Shown here in pieces: positions 1 through 9,548 of a DNA stretch of 32,000 nucleotides; position 1 is the stretch's first letter, and every line of letters begins with the position of its first letter. The stretch covers positions 30,001-62,000 of the forward strand of contig NZ_CP069423.1 in assembly GCF_016888765.1 (NCBI RefSeq). Direction: 5' to 3'. The position numbers and the translations under genes were made by a program. The notes beneath the pieces are model-generated. The model saw nothing but the letters and a program-made list of their open reading frames with translations, did no database searches and had not been told where the DNA came from. Source of the DNA: Candidatus Karelsulcia muelleri (lineage in GTDB: Bacteria > Bacteroidota > Bacteroidia > Flavobacteriales > Blattabacteriaceae).

Positions 1-1
1 T

Positions 2-79
2 AAATCAGGTGTAGCTAAAAAGAAAATAAATAATTGGAAAAAATATTTTGCTGAATTAAAAAGTAGAATCATTATTTAA
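2..79 (+). CDS. C-terminal fragment of a protein gene entering from the left edge (KSGVAKKKINNWKKYFAELKSRIII*)
   Basis: Open frame from the window edge to TAA at about 77-79; too short to identify. Confidence 0.45.
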   Translation, partial: KSGVAKKKINNWKKYFAELKSRIII

Positions 80-91
80 TTAATTAATTCT

Positions 92-172
92 GGAGAGTTG
101 CCGGAGTGGTTAACGGAGCAGTTTGCTAAACTGTAGGTTTTTACCTCGTGAGTTCAAATCTCACACTCTCCG
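92..172 (+). tRNA. tRNA-Ser (anticodon GCT)
   Basis: GGAGAGT...ACTCTCC acceptor stem, long variable arm, anticodon loop TTGCTAA, T-loop GTTCAAATC; CCA not encoded. Confidence 0.95.
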
Positions 173-179
173 TAAGTTA

Positions 180-254
180 CGGGATGTGGCGTAGAAAGGT
201 TATCGCACCTGGTTTGGGACCAGGAGGTCATAGGTTCGAATCCTATCATCCCGA
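180..254 (+). tRNA. tRNA-Pro (anticodon TGG)
   Basis: CGGGATG...CATCCCG acceptor stem, anticodon loop TTTGGGA, GGTTCGAATCC T-arm. Confidence 0.95.
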
Positions 255-257
255 TAG

Positions 258-330
258 GGTCACATAGCTCAATGGATAGAGCAAGTGCCTTCTAAGCAGT
301 AGGTTGCTGGTTCAAATCCAGCTGTGATCA
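258..330 (+). tRNA. tRNA-Arg (anticodon TCT)
   Basis: GGTCACA...TGTGATC acceptor stem, anticodon loop CTTCTAA, GGTTCAAATCC T-arm. Confidence 0.93.
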
Positions 331-1776
331 TATAAGTAACTTAAAAAGTTGATTCATACTGGTTTCTTTTTTAATTTCCCTCTTTAAATCTTTAATTAAT
401 ACCCTTTTTTGCAACATTTTATCTCTAAATCTCAGAGTTACACATTTATCTTTTAAAGTTTTGAAATCTATTGTTACACAAATTGGAGTCCCTATAGCAT
501 CTTGTCTTCTATATCTCTTACCAATAGAATCATTTTCTTCATAGCTTAAAAGAAAATATAATTTCAAGTTTTTATAAATCTCTTTGGCATAAAAAATTAA
601 CCTTTTGTCTCGTATTAAAGGAAATATAGCCGCTTTAATTGGTGCTAAAGCAGGATTAATTTTTAATATAATTCTTTCTTTTTTTGTGTCTTTAATTGTT
701 TCCTTTTTTAAAGCAGCAGAAAAAACTGCTAAAAACATCCTATCTAGTCCAATAGAAGTTTCTATTATATATGGAATATAAAATTTGTTTTTTTCTTTAT
801 CAAAAACTCGAAATCTTTTTTTGCTATATTTTTCATGATTTTTAAGATCGAAATTTGTTCTTGAATGAATCCCTTCTAATTCTTTAAAACCAAAAGGAAA
901 TTTAAATTGAATATCATATGCCTTTTTAGCATAATGTGCTAATTGTTCATGTTCATAAAATATATATTTTTTTTCACCTAAACCTAGGGATAAATGCCAT
1001 TTTAAACGTTTTTTTTTCCAGTATTCCAACCATTTCTCTTCCTGTTTAGGAGGAATAAAAAATTGCATTTCCATTTGTTCAAATTCTCGCATTCTAAAAA
1101 GAAATTGTCTAGCTATTATTTCCTTTCTAAACACTTTTCCTATTTGAGCTATACCAAATGGTATTTTAATTTTACTAGTATTTAGGACATTTAAAAAATT
1201 GGTAATAATTCCTTGTGCTGTTTCTGGACGTAAATAAAAATTTTTATGTTCTTTTAATGGTATTTTGAACATTAAATTATACTCATATATTTTAGTCCAT
1301 TTATTTAAAATTTTATTTATTTTAATTTTATTTATTAATATTAATATTTTATAGTTTTCATTTAGTTGAAATTTTTTATATATATATTTTCTAAGTTTAT
1401 TTTTAAGCTGTTTTTCTTTATTTCTAAGCTGTTTTTCTTTAAAATAAATGTCGATTAAGAAATCAAGTCGGTAACTAGATTTAGTATCTTCATTATATAA
1501 AAAGATTTCTTTGAATTTAGAAACATGACCTGAAGCTTTCCAGATATTAGGATGCATTAATATACTAGTATCCAATCCAATTATATTTTCATTAATTTGT
1601 ATCATTGATTTCCACCAGTATTCTTTAATATTATTTTTTAAATAGATTCCATATTGACCATAATCATAAATCGCATTTATGCCATCATAGATTTCACTAC
1701 TAGGAAAAACAAAGCCATATTGTTTTGCATGTGATACAATTTCTTTAAAAGAAATTTTCTTATTTTTATTTTTCAT
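328..1776 (-). CDS. glyS: glycyl-tRNA synthetase, class II dimeric type
   Basis: 482-aa ORF with class II motifs: [60 protein letters not shown]. Confidence 0.95.
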   Translation of the reverse strand: MKNKNKKISFKEIVSHAKQYGFVFPSSEIYDGINAIYDYGQYGIYLKNNIKEYWWKSMIQINENIIGLDTSILMHPNIWKASGHVSKFKEIFLYNEDTKSSYRLDFLIDIYFKEKQLRNKEKQLKNKLRKYIYKKFQLNENYKILILINKIKINKILNKWTKIYEYNLMFKIPLKEHKNFYLRPETAQGIITNFLNVLNTSKIKIPFGIAQIGKVFRKEIIARQFLFRMREFEQMEMQFFIPPKQEEKWLEYWKKKRLKWHLSLGLGEKKYIFYEHEQLAHYAKKAYDIQFKFPFGFKELEGIHSRTNFDLKNHEKYSKKRFRVFDKEKNKFYIPYIIETSIGLDRMFLAVFSAALKKETIKDTKKERIILKINPALAPIKAAIFPLIRDKRLIFYAKEIYKNLKLYFLLSYEENDSIGKRYRRQDAIGTPICVTIDFKTLKDKCVTLRFRDKMLQKRVLIKDLKREIKKETSMNQLFKLLI

Positions 1777-1975
1777 GATTTTTATTTTTATACTTTTTTA
1801 TACAATTAACTGGACAGACTGCCACACATTGAGGCTTTTCAGATTTCCCAATACATTCAGTACATTTCTCTGGTACTATAAAATACCTATTCTCTTTACT
1901 TTCATAAATTGCATTATTTGGACATTCTAATTCACAAGCTCCACAATTTATACATTCATTAGTAATTTTATACAT
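1766..1975 (-). CDS. 2x[4Fe-4S] ferredoxin
   Basis: 69 aa with two Cys clusters: [12 protein letters not shown] and [21 protein letters not shown]. Confidence 0.92.
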   Translation of the reverse strand: MYKITNECINCGACELECPNNAIYESKENRYFIVPEKCTECIGKSEKPQCVAVCPVNCIKKYKNKNHEK

Positions 1976-2002
1976 TCCATTACATTCATTAGTAATTTTA
2001 TA
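1951..2002. repeat. 30-bp-period direct duplication; the 22-mer TACATTCATTAGTAATTTTATA occurs at 1951-1972 and 1981-2002
   Basis: Direct reading; spans the ferredoxin start and the rplS stop. Confidence 0.95.
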
Positions 2003-2324
2003 TGCTTTTTATTTTAGCTTGTTTTCCTCTTAAGTTTCTAAAATAATAAATTTTTGATCTTCTAACTTTTCCAGACAGAATAATTTTAATTTTTTTAATA
2101 ATAGGAGAATTTATGGGAAATATTCTTTCTACACCAATTGTGCCACTAAATTTTCTAATTGTAAATGTACTATTTCCTTGCTTTTTAATTATTATACCTT
2201 TAAAAGATTGTATTCTATTTTTATCACCTTCTTTAATTTCGTAATCTACATTTACTGTATCCCCTGCTTTAAATGCAGCTTTTGTTTTATATTTTCCTGA
2301 TAAATATTCATTAATATTTTTCAT
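1998..2324 (-). CDS. rplS: 50S ribosomal protein L19 (true start probably the internal Met of [13 protein letters not shown] at 2324, not 2411)
   Basis: [33 protein letters not shown]...FTIRK...[11 protein letters not shown]...[20 protein letters not shown] matches the L19 pattern. The 29-aa extension in the ORF track encodes low-complexity TKTNTK. Confidence 0.9.
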   Translation of the reverse strand: MKNINEYLSGKYKTKAAFKAGDTVNVDYEIKEGDKNRIQSFKGIIIKKQGNSTFTIRKFSGTIGVERIFPINSPIIKKIKIILSGKVRRSKIYYFRNLRGKQAKIKSI

Positions 2325-2333
2325 TATTTGCTT

Positions 2334-2366
2334 CTTAGTATTAGTCTTAGTATTAGTCTTAGTATT
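2334..2366. repeat. 12-bp tandem repeat (minus strand ACTAATACTAAG, about 2.75 copies) just upstream of the likely rplS start
   Basis: Encodes NTKTNTKTNTK in the extended ORF; read from the sequence. Confidence 0.85.
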
Positions 2367-2385
2367 ACCTTTTTTAACTTTCCAA

Positions 2386-3684
2386 ATGGAAAAATTAAGA
2401 TTCTCTTTCATTACTTACGGATGTAAACTAAATTATTCTGAATACTCTACAATAAAGAGAAATTTATTAAATTTAGGATATCAATACGTATCTTGGTATA
2501 CGTTTGCAAATATTTATATAATCAATTCGTGTAGTATTACTGAAAATGCAGAAAAAGATTTATTTGTTTTTATTAGAAAGATAAAAAAAATCAATAAAAA
2601 GGCATACATAATACTATTGGGATGTTTTACGCATAAATTATATAAGACAGAAAACATTTTAAAAAATGTTAATTTGATACTTGGAACTAAAGATAAATTT
2701 GATTTACCTTATTATTTAAAGTTAAAAAATAAAAATAAGAATTATATTTCTATTTCTAAGAATTATTATAAGTCTTCAGTTTCATTGGATGAAACACGTA
2801 CGAGATCTTTTCTAAAAATCCAAGATGGATGTGATTATAAATGTAGTTATTGTCCTATTCCTAATTTTAGGGGTAGATCTAGATCAGAAAATATTTCTAA
2901 TATTATAAAGACTATAAAAAAACTAGCTTTACTAAATATTAAAGAAATTGTTCTAACTGGTATAAATCTTGGAAATTTTGGAAATTTTGGATTTAATAAA
3001 ACAAAATACGATTTGTTTTATTTGTTCAATCAAATGGAACAAAACCTCACTGCAAATATTCGTATAAGAATTTCTTCTATTGAACCTAATTTATTAAATA
3101 ATAGAATAATAAGTTTAATTTCAAAAAGTAAGCTATTTGTTCCTCATTTTCATTTCCCGCTGCAATCAGGTAGTAATTATATCTTAAATAAGATGAAAAG
3201 AAGGTATAATGTAAAAAGATATATTAAAAACGTTAAAAAAATATTAAATATTATACCTGATGCTTGTGTAGGAACTGATATAATCGTAGGCTTTCCGGGC
3301 GAAAAAGAAGCTAACTTTTTAGAAACTTATAAATTATTAAAAAGTTTAGAATTAGCTTATATTCAAGTTTTTCCATATTCAGAAAGAGAAAATACAGACG
3401 CATATTTTATGAAAGAAACTATCCCAAAAATTATGCGTTCCAAACGCAGTAAAATTATTAGATTACTTTCGAAAAAAAAAAAGAAAAATTATTGTTTAAA
3501 ACATCTTTTTAAACATTATAGAGTATTGTTTGAAAAAACAAAGAAAAATGGCTATATTTTTGGTTTTACAGATACCTACATTAGTTCAAAAATTAAATGG
3601 AAACCTAATCTTATCAAGAAATTTAAAGCAGTAAAACTTATTAAAATCGATAATTATAATAATATGGAATGTCAAATCTTATAG
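2386..3684 (+). CDS. mtaB: radical SAM methylthiotransferase, MtaB-like (tRNA t6A37 methylthiotransferase)
   Basis: TYGCKLN, NSCSIT, LGCFTH N-terminal cluster cysteines; RSFLKIQDGCDYKCSYCPIPNFRGRSRS radical SAM motif (CxxxCxxC). Confidence 0.85.
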   Translation: MEKLRFSFITYGCKLNYSEYSTIKRNLLNLGYQYVSWYTFANIYIINSCSITENAEKDLFVFIRKIKKINKKAYIILLGCFTHKLYKTENILKNVNLILGTKDKFDLPYYLKLKNKNKNYISISKNYYKSSVSLDETRTRSFLKIQDGCDYKCSYCPIPNFRGRSRSENISNIIKTIKKLALLNIKEIVLTGINLGNFGNFGFNKTKYDLFYLFNQMEQNLTANIRIRISSIEPNLLNNRIISLISKSKLFVPHFHFPLQSGSNYILNKMKRRYNVKRYIKNVKKILNIIPDACVGTDIIVGFPGEKEANFLETYKLLKSLELAYIQVFPYSERENTDAYFMKETIPKIMRSKRSKIIRLLSKKKKKNYCLKHLFKHYRVLFEKTKKNGYIFGFTDTYISSKIKWKPNLIKKFKAVKLIKIDNYNNMECQIL

Positions 3685-5480
3685 CAAGTACATATATTTT
3701 CTAATATTCTCTTTATTAAACTATTTTTGTTCTTTCCTTTTAAAAGATTATGACAAAGTAATATAAATTCTAGTGAGTCTCTTATTAGAGTGGTTTTAAT
3801 TTCCTGTTTGTTTTCTCTCAATATTCTTTTTATAATTTTATTATTGGTATTTACAACTAAATTATAATTATAATAGTTTTTTTCTTTGAAGTTTCTCATT
3901 AAATTAATTTCATTTATCCGACGGATAAATTCTGGTATATTTATTATAAAAGGTAGATAGTTTTCATTTAGGTTTTCGAATTTAATTTTAAATTTTTTGT
4001 TGTCGATGGTTTTACCTATTTCCTTTTTTAAGGTATTTTTTTCTTGCTGAGTAAGATTAGTCCCTTTTTTCTCCATAAAAATATTCTCTATATTTTGTGA
4101 ATCCACTCTTACAAAAGAAAGATTATTAATATCCGTTTCTAGTTTTTGGATCAAATGAACTGTTAAATGAGTATCTAGTAATAAGACTTTATAACCTTTT
4201 TGTAAAACATTTTCTATATAGAGATTTTGCTCATCTAAATTAGTAGCATAAAAGCAAATTATTTTATTGGCTTTTGATTTTTGCTTTTTCTTTATCTTTT
4301 CTAAGAATTCAGAAAATAAAAAATATTTTCCATTGATATCACTATATAAAGCAAAAGCTTTAGCTTTTTCATAAAATATTGGTTCACTTATCATACCATA
4401 TTCTATAATTAGTTTTATATTTTTCCAGTTTTTTTCAAAAGACTTTCTATCCTTTAAGAACATTTTCGTGAGTCGGTCTGCAATTTTCCGAGTAATATAA
4501 TTAGAAATTTTTTTTAAAGTTATATTTGATTTTATATGTGATCTTGAAACATTAAGTGGAATGTCTGGAGAATCTATTACACCTTTTAAAAAACTTAAAA
4601 AATCTGGCACTATACCTTCCAAATGTTCAGTAACAAAAACTTGATTTTGATATAAATGAATCTTATCTTTTTTAAGATCCATTGGATTAGTTAGTTTAGA
4701 AAAATACAAAATGCCTGTCAGCTTAAAAGGATGTTCAATATTTAAATGAATCCATAATAATGGATCCTCTAAAATTTCTGGAAATAATTCTTTATAAAAA
4801 TCTCTATATTCTTTATCATTAATTTCAAGAGATTTTTTTTTCCAGAGAGGGTGTGTATTATTTATTATTTTATTCTTAAATTTTATAGGAATTGGGAGAA
4901 ACCTACAATATTTTTTTAACAATTCAAGTATCTTATAATCTTCTAAAAATTCTTTGTATTTTTCATTTAGGTGTAATAAAATTACAGTACCTATTTTTTC
5001 TTTTTTTGCATCTCGTAATATAAAATTAGGGGTGCCATCACAAATCCAATGTACTGAGTGAATTCCTTGCTGGTATGATTTGGTCAGTATTTCTACTTTA
5101 TCTGAAACAAGAAAAGAAGAATAAAAACCTAAACCAAAATTACCTATAATTGCATCCTCAGTCTTATATTTTTTAAGAAATTCTTCGGCACTTGAGAAAG
5201 CTATTTGGTTAATATATTTCTTTACTTCGGCTATTGTCATGCCTATACCATTATCTGCTATTATTAAGATTTTATTAGCTTTATCTACTTTTACTTCTAT
5301 TTCTAGTTTATTAACTTTAATATTTAATTTTCCTAAATTAGCTAAAGTTTTTATTTTAACACATGCATCAACTGCATTACTTATTAGTTCTCTTAAAAAG
5401 ATGTCATTATATGAATATAAAAATTTTTTAATTATAGGGAATATATTTTCTGCTGTAACTTTTATTTTTCCTTTTTCCAT
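3672..5480 (-). CDS. htpG: Hsp90-family chaperone HtpG
   Basis: FLRELISNAVDAC, IADNGIGMT, IGNFGLGFYSSFLVSDKVEI, GILYF, GVIDSPDIPLNVSRS. Confidence 0.97.
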   Translation of the reverse strand: MEKGKIKVTAENIFPIIKKFLYSYNDIFLRELISNAVDACVKIKTLANLGKLNIKVNKLEIEVKVDKANKILIIADNGIGMTIAEVKKYINQIAFSSAEEFLKKYKTEDAIIGNFGLGFYSSFLVSDKVEILTKSYQQGIHSVHWICDGTPNFILRDAKKEKIGTVILLHLNEKYKEFLEDYKILELLKKYCRFLPIPIKFKNKIINNTHPLWKKKSLEINDKEYRDFYKELFPEILEDPLLWIHLNIEHPFKLTGILYFSKLTNPMDLKKDKIHLYQNQVFVTEHLEGIVPDFLSFLKGVIDSPDIPLNVSRSHIKSNITLKKISNYITRKIADRLTKMFLKDRKSFEKNWKNIKLIIEYGMISEPIFYEKAKAFALYSDINGKYFLFSEFLEKIKKKQKSKANKIICFYATNLDEQNLYIENVLQKGYKVLLLDTHLTVHLIQKLETDINNLSFVRVDSQNIENIFMEKKGTNLTQQEKNTLKKEIGKTIDNKKFKIKFENLNENYLPFIINIPEFIRRINEINLMRNFKEKNYYNYNLVVNTNNKIIKRILRENKQEIKTTLIRDSLEFILLCHNLLKGKNKNSLIKRILENICTCYKI

Positions 5481-5544
5481 ATTGTTATGCTATTAAGCTT
5501 AATCTTATTATACAATCTATATAATTAAACTGTTTAAAATAATA

Positions 5545-5629
5545 CGGAGAGAGAGGGATTTGAACCCCCGGAGTATTATTACTCAACGATTTTCAAGACC
5601 GCCGCATTAAACCACTCTGCCATCTCTCC
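5545..5629 (-). tRNA. tRNA-Ser (anticodon TGA)
   Basis: Reverse complement GGAGAGA...TCTCTCC acceptor, anticodon loop CTTGAAA, long variable arm. Confidence 0.94.
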
Positions 5630-5743
5630 AACACCTATTATATACTTCTACTTATACTTTTTACTCTTAATTAGTTGTCTAATTTTAATGTTATTAATCT
5701 TAATTAAAGTTAGCAATAATTTTAAAGAAATAATAAATAATAT

Positions 5744-7201
5744 ATGGGCTTAAGGGATAAAAATTGGTATAAAGATATAATTTTAACAGCTAATATAGCG
5801 GAAGCTTCACCTATAAGAGGCTGTATTATCTTTAAACCTTATGGTTTAGAGATATGGGAAAACATAAAAAAAAATTTAGATTATATTTTAAAAAAAACTG
5901 GACATAAGAATTTTTATTTTCCATTATTAATTTTGAAGTCTGATTTAAAAAAAGAATATAATCATATTAAAGGTTTTGCAAAAGAATGTGCGATTGTAAC
6001 CCATAGTCGTTTAAAATTTAAAAACAAGAAATTGATTCTTGAAGAAGAATCAAAACTAAAAAATGAACTAATTATTAGGCCTACTTCCGAAGCCATAATC
6101 TGGGATTCTTTTAAAAGATGGATAATATCTTATAGAGATTTACCTATGTTATTAAACCAATGGTCTAATACAATTCGTTGGGAAATGAGACCTAGATTCT
6201 TTTTAAGAAACTCAGAGTTCTTTTTACAAGAAGGACATACAGCTCATTCAACTAAAAAAGAAGCTATAAGGCATTGTAAACAAATTTTGAATTTGTATAA
6301 ATATTTTATTGAAGATATTTTATCAATTCCCGTAATAAAAGGTAGAAAAACAAAGCTTGAAAAATTTGCTGGAGCCAAAACTACATACTGTTTAGAAGCT
6401 ATTCTGCCAGATGGTAAAGCCTTGCAAATCGCAACTTCACATTTTTTAGGGAAAAATTTTTCAAGATCTTTTAACGTTAAATATATTAATAAAAAAGGAA
6501 TATATAAACAGGTTTGGGGGACTTCATGGGGTCTTTCTACTCGATTAATTGGAGCTGTAATTTTAACTCATTCCGATAAATATGGATTGATTATTCCACC
6601 TAAAATTGCTCCAATTCAGGTAGTTATTATACCTATCTACAAGAAAACTGAGTCGTTTAAAATTTTAGAAATAATAGTTTCTAAATTAATTATTTTCTTA
6701 AAAAAAAAACAAATAACATTTAGATATGATAACCGTAAAAATTACAGACCTGGATGGAAATTTAATGAATATGATATTCAAGGGATCCCTATTAGGTTAA
6801 CTATTGGAAAGAAAGAAATAGAAAAGGGAAATATTGAAGTTTTCAGAAGAGACACTAGAAAAAGAAAAAAATATAAGATAAGAAATCTCAAAAAGAAAAT
6901 AATTATTTTATTAAAACAAATCCAAAAAAACCTTTTAAAAAAAGCTGTAAAAATACAAAAAGATTTTATTATAAAGGTTGATAATTATCAAGATTTTAAA
7001 AAAATAATTAAGACTAAAGGTGGAGTAGTATCTTCACATTGGGATGGTTCTACCACAATTGAAAAAAAAATCAAAAAAGAAACGTCAGCCTCTATAATAT
7101 GTATTCCAAGTAAATCTTATATTAAGAATAAAAAAACTGGAAGCTGCATATATAGTAACAATTATTCTAAACAAAGAGTATTTTTTGCTAAATCTTATTA
7201 A
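5744..7201 (+). CDS. proS: prolyl-tRNA synthetase (archaeal/eukaryote-like short type)
   Basis: [60 protein letters not shown]-terminal SSHWDG...QRVFFAKSY. Confidence 0.95.
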   Translation: MGLRDKNWYKDIILTANIAEASPIRGCIIFKPYGLEIWENIKKNLDYILKKTGHKNFYFPLLILKSDLKKEYNHIKGFAKECAIVTHSRLKFKNKKLILEEESKLKNELIIRPTSEAIIWDSFKRWIISYRDLPMLLNQWSNTIRWEMRPRFFLRNSEFFLQEGHTAHSTKKEAIRHCKQILNLYKYFIEDILSIPVIKGRKTKLEKFAGAKTTYCLEAILPDGKALQIATSHFLGKNFSRSFNVKYINKKGIYKQVWGTSWGLSTRLIGAVILTHSDKYGLIIPPKIAPIQVVIIPIYKKTESFKILEIIVSKLIIFLKKKQITFRYDNRKNYRPGWKFNEYDIQGIPIRLTIGKKEIEKGNIEVFRRDTRKRKKYKIRNLKKKIIILLKQIQKNLLKKAVKIQKDFIIKVDNYQDFKKIIKTKGGVVSSHWDGSTTIEKKIKKETSASIICIPSKSYIKNKKTGSCIYSNNYSKQRVFFAKSY

Positions 7202-8331
7202 AAAAAACTTAAGAAGAGTTTTAAAAAGTTTTTAATTTCTTTTTTTTTATTAAAAATTCCAAAAGAAATTCTTAAAAAGGTAAGATCTTGTATATATATC
7301 TTTGTATTTTTATACAAAGATTTAAAAACATGTGAATATTCACTAGATATGCATGCACTAGATTGAGATATTATAACTCCTTTTAAATCTAAATTAAGAC
7401 TTAGCAGATATTTTTTAGGAAAAGCTATACTAAGTATAGTATAGATACTTTTGTTTATATTTTTAGATAAACCATTAAAAATTAAGTTAGGAATATTATG
7501 CTGTAATTTTTTTATGCAATATTTTTTTATATTTTTAATATAATTTTTCTCAGAATTTAAATTATTATAAGCTAATTGAAGAGCTTCTGTCATTCCAATT
7601 ATTCCATATATGTTTTCAGTACCAGCTCTTCTATTTTTTTCTTGAAGTCCTCCAGTAAGAAAAGATTTAATCGAAATCTTTTTTTTTATATAAGCAAAAC
7701 CAATTCCGTAAGGACCATAAAATTTATGAGCACTTGCACTTGCAAAATGTAGATTTAATTTATTAAGATTTAAATTTAAATGACCTATTGCTTGAATAGT
7801 ATCGGAATGTAAATATGTATTAAACTCCCGACAAATTTCACTGACTTTTTTAAGATTTAAAATATTTCCTATTTCGTTATTAACATACATTAAACTGACT
7901 AATGTAATTTTAGTATTTTCTTTTAGTAATTTTCTTAAATGATTAAGATCTATTTCTCCCTTACTATTAAATGTTACAAATTTAACAATAATGTCATATT
8001 GTAAATATAAATCATAAACTGTTTCTAACACAGATTTATGTTCTAATAATGAAGTTATTATACATTGAACTTTTAAGTGTTTAACACAATTTCTTAAAAT
8101 AAAGTTATTAGCTTCAGTTCCACTAGAAGTAAATATTATTTCTTCTGCTGAAATATTTAAAAGTTTTGCAATTTTAATTCTAGAATATTCAATATTATAT
8201 TTATTATATACACCTAAACTATGATTAGAAGAAGGATTACCAAATCTTTTGAGAGTCTTTAAAAGACTAATATAAACTTCCTTTCTCAAAGGAGTCGTTG
8301 AGGCATTATCAAGAAAAATTTTTCTGTTCAT
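7198..8331 (-). CDS. iscS: cysteine desulfurase, NifS/IscS family
   Basis: FLDNASTTPLR, TSSGTEANN, SAHKFYGPYGIGF, GGLQEKNRRAGTEN, loop Cys in SSACISSEY. Confidence 0.88.
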   Translation of the reverse strand: MNRKIFLDNASTTPLRKEVYISLLKTLKRFGNPSSNHSLGVYNKYNIEYSRIKIAKLLNISAEEIIFTSSGTEANNFILRNCVKHLKVQCIITSLLEHKSVLETVYDLYLQYDIIVKFVTFNSKGEIDLNHLRKLLKENTKITLVSLMYVNNEIGNILNLKKVSEICREFNTYLHSDTIQAIGHLNLNLNKLNLHFASASAHKFYGPYGIGFAYIKKKISIKSFLTGGLQEKNRRAGTENIYGIIGMTEALQLAYNNLNSEKNYIKNIKKYCIKKLQHNIPNLIFNGLSKNINKSIYTILSIAFPKKYLLSLNLDLKGVIISQSSACISSEYSHVFKSLYKNTKIYIQDLTFLRISFGIFNKKKEIKNFLKLFLSFF

Positions 8332-9256
8332 ATTTTTTATTTCGATATAAAATTAAATGTTTCTTTTTTTTTTTAATAGAAAAATATGATTTTTTGGAAT
8401 TTATTTTCTTACCAGATTTAGAAATTATTATTTTAATCAAAGTTCTAATATTATTAAAATAATAATATTTTAATATTTTATATAAATAACTTTTAATGGG
8501 ATTAAGATTCAATAAGTTTTTTACACTTAAAATTTTTTCTGTTCTATTTTTTTTTAAAAAAATATATTTTTTAATAAGATTTAGATGATTATTAATCATT
8601 AAATATTCATCTTTTAAAATCTGAACCGATGTTTTGATTCCCAAATAAGCTTCATTATTTAATAGTTTATTAAGTATTTTTCTTATTTTATTTCTTAGAA
8701 ACTTTTCATTTATATTACTACTGTCTTCTATCCAACTTATTTTATTGTTTTTTGCATAAGATAAAATATCTGTTTTAGTAAAATCTAATAAAGGTCTTAT
8801 TAAATATTTTTTCTTAAAACCTATTCCTTTTATCCCTTTTATCCCTGTACCTCTTATAAGATTAAGAAATATTGTCTCTATTGAATCATTAAGATGATGA
8901 CCTAAAGCAATATAATTAAAATAATTTGTTTTTAACATTTTTTTAAACCATAAATATCTTAATTTTCTAGCAAAAATTTGCTGAGATGACTTTTTTCTTA
9001 GATTAAAACTTTTAGTATGTAAAATTATTTTGTGTTTTTTACAAATTGTTTTTATTAAATTTTCTGCTTCTTCAGACTCAGCTCCTCTAAGTTTAAAATT
9101 ACAATGTAGTACTTCTATTTTAAGATCTTTTATTCTAAAAAAAAGATCTAATAAAACTAAACTATCGACTCCACCACTTACTGCTATAAATAGTTTTTTT
9201 TTTTTTAAATCAATTTTGTCCTTAAGGTTTTTAAGGAAAATTTTAAAATTTAGCAT
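8309..9256 (-). CDS. tilS: tRNA(Ile)-lysidine synthase
   Basis: P-loop FIAVSGGVDSLVLLDLF, CNFKLRGAESEEAE, GHHLNDSIETIFLNLIRGTGIKGIKGI, RPLLDF. Confidence 0.93.
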   Translation of the reverse strand: MLNFKIFLKNLKDKIDLKKKKLFIAVSGGVDSLVLLDLFFRIKDLKIEVLHCNFKLRGAESEEAENLIKTICKKHKIILHTKSFNLRKKSSQQIFARKLRYLWFKKMLKTNYFNYIALGHHLNDSIETIFLNLIRGTGIKGIKGIGFKKKYLIRPLLDFTKTDILSYAKNNKISWIEDSSNINEKFLRNKIRKILNKLLNNEAYLGIKTSVQILKDEYLMINNHLNLIKKYIFLKKNRTEKILSVKNLLNLNPIKSYLYKILKYYYFNNIRTLIKIIISKSGKKINSKKSYFSIKKKKKHLILYRNKKYEQKNFS

Positions 9257-9336
9257 TGCTATGTCTTAATATGAAGATTATACCTAATTTAGGATTTAGT
9301 ATTTCTTAAATATTTTTTATATTATCTTTTAATAAA

Positions 9337-9409
9337 GGCTTGATAGCTTAATTGGTAGAGCATTACACTTTTAATGTAAGGGTCCTGGGTTCAAATCCCA
9401 GTCAAGTCA
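9337..9409 (+). tRNA. tRNA-Lys (anticodon TTT)
   Basis: GGCTTGA...TCAAGTC acceptor, anticodon loop CTTTTAA, GGTTCAAATCC. Confidence 0.93.
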
Positions 9410-9414
9410 TTTAA

Positions 9415-9488
9415 CGGTCTGAACGGGATTCGAACCCGTGACCTCATGCGTGACAAGCACGTATTCTAACCTTCTGAACTACCAGACC
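9415..9488 (-). tRNA. tRNA-Asp (anticodon GTC)
   Basis: Reverse complement GGTCTGG...TCAGACC acceptor, anticodon loop TTGTCAC, GGTTCGAATCC. Confidence 0.93.
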
Positions 9489-9548
9489 TAATATTTAGGT
9501 ATTTTTTTTAATAATAATTAATAATATTATTATATAGTATTTATATTA

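Noticed and set aside
2325-2411. 29-aa N-terminal extension of L19 in the ORF track
   Set aside because: Low-complexity TKTNTKTNTK from a tandem repeat, and it overlaps the mtaB start; L19 homology begins after the internal Met.
5239-5496. 85-aa plus-strand ORF antisense to the htpG N-terminus
   Set aside because: Mirror of the conserved HtpG ATP-binding region; the membrane-like look is an antisense artifact.
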